Assembly (NCBI RefSeq): GCF_033153115.1
Contig: NW_026889753.1
Coordinates: 3,410,001 to 3,474,000 of the forward strand
Direction of reading: 5' to 3'
Source: Saccostrea echinata
Lineage: Eukaryota
DNA: 64,000 nt
Shown: positions 48,330 through 61,268 of the stretch, piece by piece
How the letters are laid out: each line of letters begins with the position of its first letter
Position numbering within the stretch: position 1 is the first letter of the stretch
Notes under the pieces: model-generated
Seen by the model: the letters and a program-made list of their open reading frames with translations, nothing else
Told to the model about the DNA's origin: nothing
Database searches by the model: none
Translations under genes and position numbers: made by a program

Positions 48330-48860
48330 TTTTCAAGAATTTGATCAATGGCCTGGCTCCGGACTCATAAAACTTTTTTTTTATCTTTCCACCATGAATT
48401 CCTTTTGTAAATGTAAGGCTAAGATCAAAAGTGAGGATGTCTACGTTTTATGGCCCAGAAGCCTGAAAAGATTTATACATTCTTCTGAAAGTCTCCTTCA
48501 ACTTAAACATATAATCTCGGGTCAAGGTTATGACATACTGTAAGTACCCTTAGGTCATAAGTGTCTTTTGAACTTCCAATTTTATTTGTTAAAAATTTAT
48601 GGACCAAACACATATTATTCCCTTTCCTGTCAGTGACCTTTAACTTGCCCAAATGACTTTAAATCAAGGCCATGACATCCTTGGTCATAAGCAATTTTGA
48701 CATTTGTAAGTATAGGCATTCTATATTTTTCCATTACAATATCATGACGCAGACACGGTTGTATGAACAGGTAGGTGGATAGCTAGATAGACGAGCAGAC
48801 GGACGGACAAAATGATTCTGAATACATCCAAATTTTATTTGCAGGGGAGGGGTTATAATA
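48330..48860 (-). mobile_element. Degenerate HINE-like element
   Basis: ggtcaagg..ggtcataag repeats followed by a gacggacggac microsatellite and a decayed IR ending ggggttataat. Confidence 0.5.
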
Positions 48861-49152
48861 ATCACAAAAATAAAAAATATCATGTGCTTTATTAATTTAT
48901 TGCAACATTACGAATGCTGGACAGAAAACGACAAACTATATACTAGTATCGTCATCCGGAGAAGCTCATTTCCGGTTAAGAGCACCTGAGCTGACTGGGC
49001 ACGAAGCCTAGATATGGAGATGTTTCAAATTCTGAAATCTCACATTGTTGATTTATAGAAGAGGAACATTTAGTGTAGGTATACATTTTATTTATTTGTG
49101 AGCAATCTTTAAATTTGGAACTTATGAAAAATAAGGAGCATCTGTAGAGTGT

Positions 49153-50164
49153 TTTTATACCCCCGTTATCGAAGATTCGGGGGTATATAGGTTTTGCCCT
49201 GTCCGTCCGTCCGTCTGTCAGTCTGTTTATCGGTTTGTCCGCAAAAACTTTAACCTTGCCCATAACTTTTGATTGGTTGGAGCTATGGCTTCCATATTTC
49301 ACATGTGTATTCCTTGTTACAAGACCTTCTTTTGGGTACAAACATATTTGACCTTTTTACCCTGACCTTCGAGTTTGACCCACTTTTGCAAAAAATTACC
49401 CAACTTTAACCTTTGCCATAACTTTTGAACAGTTAGTGCTAGGACTTTCCTATTTCACATATCTATTTATCATGACAAGACCTTTCCAAGGGTGTAAATA
49501 TTTTTGACCTTGACCTTAGAGTTTGAACCACTTAAAAAAAAAATAACCGCTTACCTTGTTCATAACTTTTGAACTATTTGTACTAGAGCTTTCAAATTTC
49601 ACAGGTTTATTCCTTGTGACAAGACCTTTCTTCGGATACAAAAACAATTTTGACCTTGACCTTGGATTTTGACCTATTTTTTGAAAAACTTTAACCTTGG
49701 CCATAACTTTTGAACAGTTTTTGCTAGGGCTTTTATATTTTGCATATGTATTTCTTATGACAAGGTCTACCCCTGCGTACCATTAACTTTTTGACCTTGA
49801 CCTTGGAGTTTGACCTATTTTTTGAAAAACTTTAACCTTGGCCATAACTTTTGAACAGTTTTTGCTAGGGCTTTTATATTTTGCATATGTATTTCTTATG
49901 ACAAGGTCTACCCCTGCGTACCATTAACTTTTTGACCTTGACCTTGGAGTTTGACCCTCACTTAGAAAACATTAACCTTGATCATAACTTTTGAATGGTC
50001 GGTGCTTGGACTTTCATATTTACCACGGATATCCATTGTCACAGGTCCTTTCTTTGGGTAACAACAATTTTGATCTCTTGACCTTGGAGTTTGACACGTA
50101 TTTGAGAAACTTTAACCTTCGCCATAAGCTGCCATACAGGGGCATCAGTGTTTCACAAACAAAT
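49153..50164 (+). mobile_element. HINE family A with ~7-unit array, running into an assembly gap
   Basis: tttttatacccccg..cgggggtata hairpin; gtccgtccgtcc microsatellite; tgaccttgaccttg units including an exact ~129-bp duplication (~49670-49930); 3' end ggggcatcagtgtttcacaaac. Confidence 0.9.
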
Positions 50165-50300
50165 NNNNNNNNNNNNNNNNNNNNNNNNNNNNNNNNNNNN
50201 NNNNNNNNNNNNNNNNNNNNNNNNNNNNNNNNNNNNNNNNNNNNNNNNNNNNNNNNNNNNNNNNNNNNNNNNNNNNNNNNNNNNNNNNNNNNNNNNNNNN
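50165..50300. other. Assembly gap (136 N)
   Basis: Run of N. Confidence 1.
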
Positions 50301-50680
50301 TATTTTCAACTTTTTGGCATCTCGCATCACTGACGAGACGCAATTCGTTGATTGGCTGTATTATGCACACTACTGGGGACGCAATTATCAATGATGACAA
50401 TGAAACGCCAGATATTCGTTCTAAGGAACGTCATCTCTGTTCAGTGACTCCTCTTAGCATGACCTCCACATATATAGTACATTTTATTTCCCATGACAGG
50501 CCATTTCTACAAGCTTGGAAGAAGACTCTTAGTAGTTTTTGACAATACAGAAGCAGCTACTTGGTCATATCCACAGAGCGCATTTATGTAGTGGCAAAGA
50601 TCAGTCATGCCAAACCTTTAGCTCTTCTTCTGGAAAAGATGTTAGCATGAAATTTCCGATGTAAAGTACGGTTTTATAGT

Positions 50681-50825
50681 TGATTTTGTTTGTTTGTTGT
50701 TTAACGTCCCTCTCGAGAATTTTTCACTGATATGGAGACACCACCACTTGAAGTGGAGAGCTGCAAATTTTTACATATACTCGGTACTCAGGGCCATTGA
50801 GCATTGAGGGATTTTTTTCGTGCTA
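50681..50825 (-). mobile_element. 5'-truncated copy of the V-SINE 3' region
   Basis: Reverse complement of ~19605-19747 (aaattctcgagagggacgttaaacaa..aaacaaac). Confidence 0.85.
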
Positions 50826-52981
50826 ACACTTACTGCTTTCTAACTAAATTCGGGGGTTTTGCCAGTCTGTATAACCTAGTATGACATCCTGAACCTCAGT
50901 ACTGGCCCGCCTCGGAACAGAATCCAAACTCGGTTGGGAATCAATGGATTCATCATGGGAATTTCAGTTACGCAATTCAGCGGCCAATCAAGAAGCCAAC
51001 CCAGTGAACACTAAACTCGGTCATTTGCCTCGTCTAATCAGCCTTTGCAAGCTCACTCAACACCAGACAAAACAATCAGGATACGTATTCCATCTGTCGC
51101 TTGTTGTCAGTGTTGGGTCCAGAAACTGTGGTCACTTCTTGAAACTCCAGGGGACAGATTGCGTTGATCATCTCAAAAGCTGTATTTTGCTGAGCAGAAT
51201 ACCTCCGTTGCATAAGATTATGTCTGCTAGAAAAACACAGCAACGAACCGAATATCGTACATAAACACAAAAAACTTTATATACATGTAGTTGTAAGCAT
51301 ACTTTGAACGTCTTGGTTAGGATTCCGAAAACGTTCTCAACTACAAGTGGATCACTTGAAACTTTGCAGTTGTAGAATTACTGTTTTTGTTAGACCTCTA
51401 ATAAGGTCTCATTAGAAATGTGCATCGTCTCCCTGAAGAAAGTAAGGCATACTCTGTCATCAAATGGCAGAGACTCTGGTTCTGGGCATTGAGTGCTACC
51501 ATCTTCAAGACATTCTTTTAGTTCAAACTCATTAAATATCTGACAGTCCGAGAGGCAACGGACACCAACGTCTATCCACAGATACTACAAGTGTCATCAG
51601 GACGATAGAGAAGAATTTTTTCTACCCAGATACCCAGAGTGGGAATGAGTGGGGTGGAAAGGGGAACATGTAAAGGAACTTTACATTTGCAAAAATATTT
51701 ATGAATATATTTGTAGATTTCTCGGCAAAATGTCAGCTTAAAACTTTAAACTGAGCTTAAAATCACCAGAAAACACCCAAAATAAACCCATTTATTTTTA
51801 AATTCCGTTGATTAACAGATCAAGACAAACTAGGGACTTTTATATAAGAATCACTGACAAATGATATAAAATCGTCATATAACTGATTTGTTGCTTGCAG
51901 TCTGAGAGCTAGTGACTAAGAATTATGTAAAATCCAACAATGATCTGTGAAATTGCATACATTAATGATAATATTTTTATCATTAATGAACGATTATGTA
52001 CATATACATTATAAGTTTGTGATATGGCAATCCATAAATTTTTGTATCATCAGTGGTTTAAATGGATAATGGTAATTGATTATTGATACATTTATAGCAT
52101 TAATAGGTGCAAAAACTTTCAAAAATGTTACATTATCATAAATGATTCCTACAGCAGTCGTGTATCATCAAGATGCCTGAATAAACTCTTGTTTAACAAT
52201 CTCTATTTTTGTTTTCTCCCTTTTTAGGATAGAGATTAAATAATTAATCAATCAATTCATTTCTTCATTTTTAATTTAATATTTATTTTGAGTATGTAAA
52301 TCGATCAGGGTAAGAGCGGACAAACCAATTTCTCATTTTTTTTTTTATTCCTCCATGTACAGTAAATGTATATCACATCTCAACGTTTTGACATCAATGG
52401 ATCTTATTGTCATTGAATGAAACTCTTGGAAAAAGATATCAGCTTAAAGTGGCAGGTTTGTCTTTGCTCATAGCCAGGACAAGAATGTTGCATTCTTTGA
52501 TAACCTATCATCTCCGGAATTTGTGGCCATGTTCTTCCAAAAGATACCCGTATTGGTTCTAAGGCACTAGTTTACAAATATTTGGAGTTATCTAAGAATG
52601 AAGATGAAGTTGTTTAATAAATTCACCATTCTTTATTTTCAATCAAATTAAGTAGGGATTTAGTCCGGTTTTTATGGACACATGTCGGTAATTGACAGTT
52701 AAAGACCGAAACTCTTGATGTTTCCAAATACCTGTCAATGAAACTATACGTACTGTGAAATTAATTAGTCTTTAAGATTAATAGAGGTGCTCCGGAAATC
52801 ACTGAAAAATGTCCGGAAATAAAGAATGCACTTTATTCGCCAACTAAAAGAAAGACGAAATCAGAGCGTAGGTCAAACGAAATGTTGACCTTGTAAGACT
52901 ATTACGTTCACCTTATCAGGTGTCGGGGGAACATTTACTCTATCTATCGAATAGAAGGAACTCTGTATACTTTGTTTTGTA

Positions 52982-55900
52982 ATGGAAATCAAATTATTTA
53001 TTTATTGTGAGTATTCAGTCTTAATTTTCTTTATTTGCTTTTTGAAAAGGTGAACGGCAAGTTTTTCAAATGTATCAGTTAGTATAGCTTATTTGGGTGG
53101 AAAAAAACAAACAAATGTAAAACAACTTTCAAACTTCTTGTGGTTTACATATTTAACACAAAGGATTCAATTAAATTCTGATTGATGTTTAGTTCAGCCG
53201 AGTCCGGCGATAGGAACGATGGTATTAAAAAGTTTGAGTGATATTTCTTTGCAAATTTAAAAACATCATTTTGTAATCAAAGATTATACTTAACTTTCTG
53301 TATTAAGTTTTCTTCTCGACAAAAACTCATCATCAAATCTACATTTGCATATTTGTATACTGACCAAGAAATNNNNNNNNNNNNNNNNNNNNNNNNNNNN
53401 NNNNNNNNNNNNNNNNNNNNNNNNNNNNNNNNNNNNNNNNNNNNNNNNNNNNNNNNNNNNNNNNNNNNNNNNNNNNNNNNNNNNNNNNNNNNNNNNNNNN
53501 NCAGAAGAAAAAGTTTGAACTGATAATTTTCCTCCCCATTCTCTTTTATTTATGAATGTGTTTTATTTTTTAGACATTCTGTTGCCATTTGTTAATAACC
53601 ACGGATCAGTAGGTAAATGAGATATGTAGTATTTGTATTCTTTGTAAATTATTATAGAAATATGTGACGAAAATTCCGAAACGAGATCCTTTTCTTCCCT
53701 TTTAACATTTGGGCCTACTATACGCAAAGCTACCGTCATAATAAAAGCATTATGTACATATTGTGATATATTGAGCGACAGTTGTCTTTTTACATTTGAT
53801 AGTGTCCGCATCAACGACAAATGAACCAATATCTACGACAAATAAACCCAAAAGAACATTTTTAAAATGCTTAACGTGTAATGATGTTGACACCGTGGAT
53901 GCTTGCATAGAAGAGAGAGCTTGTGCTCCAGGCCAGGTACGTTTTCTTTCCATCGACTTCGTGGTAACACAAATACTATGAAATATTATCCAAGCTCGAT
54001 CTGCAAAACAAATTGTTATAAATTATTTTGAATATTTGATACATGATTTTATTCTTATATAGATATATAGATATAGGCAACAATACAAAACATTATTTAT
54101 ACAATTTTATTAAATTCAAACACCGAAAGTTAATTTGAAATTATTGTATTTGTAAAAACAGATATAAATGCATTAAAATTTTATAGTTATTCTGTAGGTA
54201 GACATTCAACATTTGATTGAAATTATTTTTTCCCATAATGAACAAGTAAATTATTGTGACTGTGAGTTATAATGCAGTGATATTCAAATACAAGATAATA
54301 CACGATGCATATGACTATAAAAACTTTTCAAAGATGCTACTTGTATTTCTTATTTCTTTATTTTTCAGTTCTGCTTCCTTGACAAATACTCTGTATTTGT
54401 TAGAGATTTTGAGGGAAATGATAAGGAAATTTTCAAATACAATGCAGGATGTCGTAGCACTTCGGTAAATAATTTAATCATTTTTTTTTATCAGGGAAAT
54501 CAACCACTGAATCAGTATTTATTTTGTAATGTTTCATTTCCATCTATTAAGTATATTCGTCTTTTAAAAAAGAAACAAGTGAGCATGCTGTTGGAGGCAT
54601 TCTTAGGTCCTATGACTGTTCTTGATTGTCTTAGAGATGAATTTTTAGAGATTCATGTGTCAATCATAGTTTGTACGTTGAAACCACCCTAGTTGATATG
54701 TGTAGAAGGGGAAACGAATAGTAAACGGATATACCCGCTGTTTGCTGTATGACTTGGCACTTAGCAGTAAATATGTATATGTATAACAACAAATACATTA
54801 CAGAAGTGGGTATATTAGAAAAAAAAGATATAAGAAAGGCAATCTTTTTTGTTTGTTTGTTTGTTTTTGTTTTTTGTTTTTTTTTTTGTTTAACTGTTTT
54901 GGTTAAGTTGTTGTTTTTGCTTTTTTGTCGTTTATTTATTTACAATGTATTTATATATTTATTTTTTCAAAGACGAAGTGTTAAAAGAAAATGCTTTGAG
55001 GAACGTTAATATTTGATATACTACGTAAAAAAAAAAAAACAACCAAGTTTATACTTTGCTTCCTTACCAAAAATATTTTTGACTTCATGAAACTTATCTA
55101 TAATTGCAAATTCTTAATGAGTCACTGATCAGAAAGAAAGTTCTATTGAACACATCTAACACTGGAGAATAGTGGTTAAATTATTTAGAAATAGGGGAGC
55201 GTAAACTATAATATGAGTGATGATATTGTATAAGTGATGATAAGACAAATATTCTCTGCTAGCAAATCAGGGAGTCTGGAATAATGAAGGTCTAAGGAAT
55301 TACGTAGGAAACTTTAGAAGTTATTTTTTGTTTTAAGAATTAATTTGTGAAATGAAGAAATACTTAATAAAATTCTCTGATTGTCTCTCAGGCCTGGAAT
55401 GACGAGCCTCTATGATAAAGCAATACTATTTTCCTTAAAATGAACTTACGACATGTCCGAGTTGTCCTTGGATTAAGACGATTCTTCAGAATTTTCCCAA
55501 ATTAGGAATGGTTTCGATAGACGTACTTAGGCTTAAGAATTTTTCTAGGATGGTCTTCAGACATTCTCATAAAGTCAGTTGTCCTGAGTCCCCACATGGT
55601 CCTTGGACCCCTGACAAATCATTCGATATTCAATGGGCTGACTGCAGTGACGTCTTTCGGATAAATTACAAATCTTAATTGTTGTTTTTATTTCGGTGAT
55701 AAACAACCCGTAACACGTGCATTGAGGTGTCAACTGCTTACTTTCTGTTTATGTTTTATGTCAAATATGAAAGCCCTAATCTGATTGGTGGTTCTCAAAG
55801 CTTAAGAAGCAAGCCCATTAAATGACGAGTGAAATTTGTCAGGGGTCTAACGGCTACGAGTGGACTCAGGACCATTGATGCTGTACGTGTGGACGTTGTG

Positions 55901-58900
55901 AGGATGGTCTTTGGACAGACTGTCTACAGAAGTCTAAAAAAAAATCTGTTGGGCTAGATTTGGATTTGAGCTTATGATTTTTTTTTTGGTCTAAAGAAAT
56001 GCACTTTTTACATTCGGAACACCTCGGGCTTTTCACAGAAAAACAAGCGTTTTTTTTCTGTTTTCTGTTTTTTTTTTCAGCTATTCGTCAAAACGGTACC
56101 GTAAATCGAGGTATTTCAATGATTAATGTCTACGAACTGTTTATCTACTAAAGTGTATACATGTAGTGCATGTACCTCAACATATGCGTTGAAATTAGTG
56201 AGTGTGTGTGTTTTGATAAAGTTGTTTTTATACGGATCTGAACTATATGTTCTACTTGCATCACATCATCAAAAGTATGCAAGATTAGGGACCACACCAC
56301 TGAAGTTTTTTATGAAAGCAATTTAATGGGAATATTTCCACAATAAAATGCTTTCTTTGGTAATAATAACACTAACAGCTGGGACTTTGCGGGAAAAAAA
56401 AACACATCACCTTTTTGCTGCATTAACAAGAAAGAAAAGATATTGTTTATATTTGTATCTGTTTAAAGTGGAAAATATCGTTTGATTCGTTAACGTTCCT
56501 ACGGAACCTTGATGGAAGAGCCTATTCTTCTTTAAAAAAAAATCTTTTAAACAGGATATACATGTATGTACATTTGTATAAAACGAACACATGTAACTGC
56601 TTATTACAATTAGTACATGTACTTATTTTAGTAAAACTGAGGTGTCCTTTTTACAGATATGTCATATTACACAATGCAAAGAAAAAGAGAGCGGATTCAG
56701 TTACAATGGTAGTAACCATACTTTGAGATCGAAGAGAGCCATAACACCGATCCACTGTACACAGTGTTGTAAGACAGACCGATGTAATCTGGATCTTTGT
56801 GACTGTAACTATTTTTTTTTTTTTTGTTCGATAATCGCTTATCACTGTCATCATCATCTTAGTTTTCATTTTTGATAGTGTTACGATGTTCCTCAGCTAG
56901 ATTAGTAAATTATAGTCGGAAGCAAATTGAAAGGGGCCTAAACCAACAAAAAATGTTTGGGAGTAAACTCTAATTTTCGATGTCTTTATCTTGTCTATGC
57001 AAAAGAAAAAGTGTTGGGAGATAACCCCCAGCCTCCCCCCTCTCTCTCCCCCCCTCCCGGTTCCGATGCCTATGAGAATACATCATTATACAACTATTCT
57101 TGACAGTACTTAACTTTCAGATAGGTACAATTTTTACTGAGCCCGATAGAAACGAATGGGGATTTAATCATAAGTCCCCTCACTATTCTTCCGAATCTAT
57201 AATGATTGTTTTTTTCAATAAAAATTTTGCATATAATGTCCCCCCCCCCTCCCCCCGCTCAACGGGGTTATTTGTCTGTTTAAATCCGCTCAAGCTGGGA
57301 TGAACATTGTGTCCACAGGCTCTTTTGTTCTTAATATAACGGTGCTTAATTATTTTTTATAGTTAAGTCAACCGGTTCCGATGCTGTTAGATGTTACTCT
57401 TGTTCAGACATCAGACACCCTAAAGACTGTAAAGATGTTATCTTCTGTCAGCCAAATGAGGTACATTTTTGTGTGATTTGTATTGTTTAATATGTTTAGT
57501 GAATTTCAGAACTTTCTGCGAAAGTTAACTGCTATTTTAATTCCTTTTAGTCAGTGTATTATTAAAACAGTCTTCAGTCAACTCTCAGACTGGATCAATC
57601 ACTGAACTTTGTTTTAAATATAAATGTATTTTGGATAAAAATACTTGAAGTTAAAGGTAAATTACACAGTGGTCAGTAAAAATATCCTATAAACTTAAAA
57701 AGTGAATGAGGAGTGGTTCTTGATATAATAGCAAAGTGTAAGGGCGTGAATGATGCGTTTCAAATTCTTCAAGAATTTTTTCTTTTCTTTGTGAAAATAA
57801 GTACGGGTATAACGCATTATTTTGGTCTACCTTGGAGGTGTGCATTAAGCTTGAATAATACAACGCAATGTTGATTTCTTTTTTTCTTTAAAAATGCATC
57901 AAAAATCTCTAAAATTATATAATTATAGATTTTAATTGACTGTAAAAACAAATTTCATGAAAGAATAACATTTTTTTCCAGAAATGCTTAATCACAAGAG
58001 AAATACGCATAAACCCTGACGATTCTCTTAGTCCTGTGTATCAGCAGCGATGCGAACGGAAACAGGTAATTTTGGAATGGGGGGGGGGTGTCACGGGGGC
58101 AGGGGTTAAGGAGCGGCAATTTGCATGTTTTACAATTGTCAAGAATTATCACGTGCGCCAATCGACAAATCATTCCAACACGCCCAAAAACGAGACTGTT
58201 TATTTTTTGCTTAGTGATTAATACTGCGAAGGTATTCTGTAACATACCGTTTCTATTTTTTAATAATCCATTTACCATATGGACCCAGTTCACTATACAA
58301 TATAAATTATATTATATAATTTACATTTATCTTTCACACTCTTCATGAAGGGGAGTTTTATCGCGATTTTGTTTTTTTCACTGTGAATTGCTGTTGTTGT
58401 TATTTTAACTTTGAAAAAAAAAACTATTTCTGTGAAAATATGAATTTTATTTAATGGGTAAATTACGTATTTCACTGCTGAAAAATTGTAATGAAAAGAT
58501 TATTTTGCCTCTTTATTGCATACCCTACTTGATACCATAAATTATATCAACTATATCAAATCTATTTATAATACATTGCAAAATGTAATAACGATGGAAA
58601 ATATATTAAACTAGGATAATTACATTTTGCGTCGAGGTAAACGCAGAATGTAATAATGCAAAATATAATGAATACAGAATGTATTAACACACTTTCTGGA
58701 TTAAATAATTGTGTTGTTACATTTTGTGTCGAGTTTAACGCAAAATGCAATAATACAAAATGTAATAACAAACTCTTTGGATTGTTATATTTTGCACTGC
58801 ATTTGACACAGAATTTAAAATGTGATAATCTCTTTTTTATCTCCTCAAATAAACGCCTTTTTAAATAAATTGCTATCAAAAAAGTTTTCCTAATGCAAAT

Positions 58901-60522
58901 TAGTCTCTCCTATCCAACATTTTCATACATTTTCCTACCATATTTTCGGACTTTTGGAAGTTTTCTTGCTTTTAATCAATTTTTTTTTGTACATGTATAT
59001 TTTTTAATGTACAACTGCGTTTAATGCGTTTCAATTTATATTATATTATTGTGACAAATATTCTTTAATTTGTTGAGCCTCGGGAAATGTATTCTCCTTG
59101 AATGTGAAGGGACAATCTTTTGTGTGGTAATACTAGTAATTAAATGAGTTAACAATTGAATCTTAATTTCGATATGAAATCCATAAAATATGTTCTTACA
59201 TCTTGCGTAAATCTTGACGCAAAATGTAACAATCCAAAAAGTGTGTTTGAACATTTTGAGTTGGGTGCTTATCATAACCGCTACAGTTTCAAAATTGTCA
59301 TTACCACTACATACTCATTACCGCTACAAAAAAGGTTACATTACCGCTACACTTAAACGTATACATTACCAATACATTGCCTCTTTCGTTAGCCAGCGGA
59401 TTATGCATGTAAGATTGATTTAAAGTACAACATGTACCTGCACAAGACATGTTTCCCCTGCTCACCACGGGGAGGTGAAAGTAAGACTTTGAGCAAATTG
59501 TCTTTGTGTGTGTTTTTTTTTAATCTTTATCTAAAATCTATTTTATTTAATAAAACATTTTGAAAGTGTTAAAACCGAGCATTTTTCATGGATGAAACAT
59601 ATATTTTACATAATTGGTAGACCTTTGAAGGCCATTTGCTTAACGTACTGCTGTCTGGAAATCTCATATGAATTATAATGAACAGAACATACTAGTATTC
59701 TGTGCCACTGCTGGCTGATTCGATATGTAGCGGTAATGAGTTGTAATCGGCAATAATCTTTTTGATAAAATGTAGCGGTAATGTCACCCGAAATTTCGAA
59801 GAAATGTAGCAGTAATGAGTCGAAATTTTTCACAATGTAGCGGTAATGTTGACCTCCTGGTTCTTTGAGTTATTGCATCCTGCGTCAATTTGGACGCAAA
59901 ATGTTATAACACACCTTTTGGATTGTTACATTTTGCGTAATTAAAACATTAGATACGTTTATCTCGACACGACTGTAATTATCCAAGTTTATTACATTTT
60001 GCGTTGTAAGAGAACTTAATCAAGATTATTTTTAAGGCAATGCAAGCAAAAACTGAGAACTACCAAAATACCCATAACCTTAAAAAAATTAGTTTGAATT
60101 CGTCAATAAATGGATAACCATAAATATAACAAATCGCATTCATGTTAGAGAACATCCCACTAACAAAGTACATTTCCTTTGTTTAGCTGTGCAAGGCTGT
60201 TCATGAACACAATATCATTCCAACCACTACCACCACAACCGTCGCTACAACAACTGAAGAACCACATAATACCACCATCTCTACCACCATTCCAACCACT
60301 ACCACCACAACAGTCGCTACTACAACTGAAGAACCACATAATACCACCATCTCTACCACCACTACCACCACAAAGAAAGTCGTTGAACTGACACCTCCTC
60401 CCTCCATTTTTAGGTCACTCGCGCGTTATCGTCGTAGTCACAACCTGATACAGATAGGAGCAGAGTGTTGCGATGATGATTACTGTAATACGTTTGAAAT
60501 TGGTGGACCAGTTCGTAAGTAG
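52982..60522 (+). CDS. Secreted protein with two Ly6/uPAR (three-finger)-type domains; exons 52982-53006, 53574-53612, 53803-53936, 54369-54464, 56657-56804, 57363-57460, 57982-58065, 60187-60514 (or to the stop at 60522)
   Basis: GT-AG introns with compatible phases. Signal-like MEIKLFIYYILLPFV. Domain 1: LKCLTCNDV..ACIEERAC..FC..AGC..IC..CTQCCKTDRCNLDLC. Domain 2: VRCYSCSDI..DCKDVIFC..KC..QRC..LC..ECCDDDYCN. The 3' end is uncertain because gtaagt at 60515 may be a donor, and intron 1 contains a gap. Confidence 0.85.
53373..53501. other. Assembly gap (129 N)
   Basis: Run of N. Confidence 1.
55581..55872. mobile_element. MITE-like inverted-repeat element in an LU-gene intron
   Basis: gtcctgagtcc..gacccctgacaaat versus atttgtcaggggtc..ggactcaggac. 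Confidence 0.6.
58572..60008. mobile_element. Degenerate TIR element built of gcaaaatgtaa/ttacattttgcg repeats, with a nested element (~59270-59855) built of cattaccgctac / gtagcggtaatg repeats
   Basis: Left end tacattgcaaaatgtaataa versus right end ttattacattttgcgttgtaa; inner motif clusters in opposite orientations. Confidence 0.65.
60217..60372 (+). repeat. Coding 72-bp tandem repeat (24-aa Thr-rich mucin unit, x2)
   Basis: IPTTTTTTVATTTEEPHNTTISTT occurs twice, in frame. Confidence 0.9.
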
Positions 60523-60992
60523 CGATCACTAAAAGACCATTTTACTGTTGACCACTATCTTGTCAACAACAAATAAAGTATATCGTAACTGCTTAGATAT
60601 CATATATAATACACATAACAGGTGTTACCTTCCAATGTTTTCTTTAGGCCATACCATGTTTTTTTTAAATCAATTTTTAGCGCCTACCCTAAAATCAAAA
60701 ACCTATCTTTCTACCCGAAAAAAAAAAAAAATATATATATATATATATATAAACCATCAGGAAAAGGAACTTCAACATTATAAGAATAATTATAAAATTT
60801 CTTTTGGGAATTTACTTCACATTGTAACAAAATTTAAAAAAATAACTAAACGTACATTATTAAATCTTTGGTACAAAACTTAAATAAGATGCCGATCCCA
60901 AGAGAAATATGCGTTCCAAATATCCAATCCGTCCGTGGGCACTAAACATCGGGGGGAAACTTAGAACGGCCTTACCTACAAGTCTGTCTGTT

Positions 60993-61268
60993 TTAGGTCG
61001 GCATATGAGTCACTCATGTGACCTATTGCTTTTTGTTTCATCAGTCGTCCGTTAACATTTGAAAATTTTCAGTTTCTTCTCTGGAACCGCTAAAGCAATT
61101 TCAACCAATTTTGGCACATAACATCCAAGAGTAAAGGGGAACAAAGATTGTGAATTTCATGGCCCTAACCTCCCCCTCCCTCCCCGGAGTCTGAGGGGTG
61201 GAGTTAAAAGCATCAAAATCGATGCAATCTTTAAAAATATTCTTCTTCACTCCTGGACATCAGGCAGT
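60993..61268 (+). mobile_element. HINE family B 5' fragment (resumes briefly at 62261-62285)
   Basis: Homologous to 23143-23430 (gtcactca(g/t)gtgacctattgct..aatttcaaccaa..ggggaacaaa..ccaggacatca). Confidence 0.8.

Noticed and set aside
49991-50542. 183-aa and 126-aa ORFs
   Set aside because: They read through the N gap and HINE sequence.
60179-60407. ORF-track proteins (Pro/Gln-rich on +, Val-rich on -)
   Set aside because: Wrong frames. The splice-compatible frame encodes the Thr-rich repeat and the CCDDDYCN motif.
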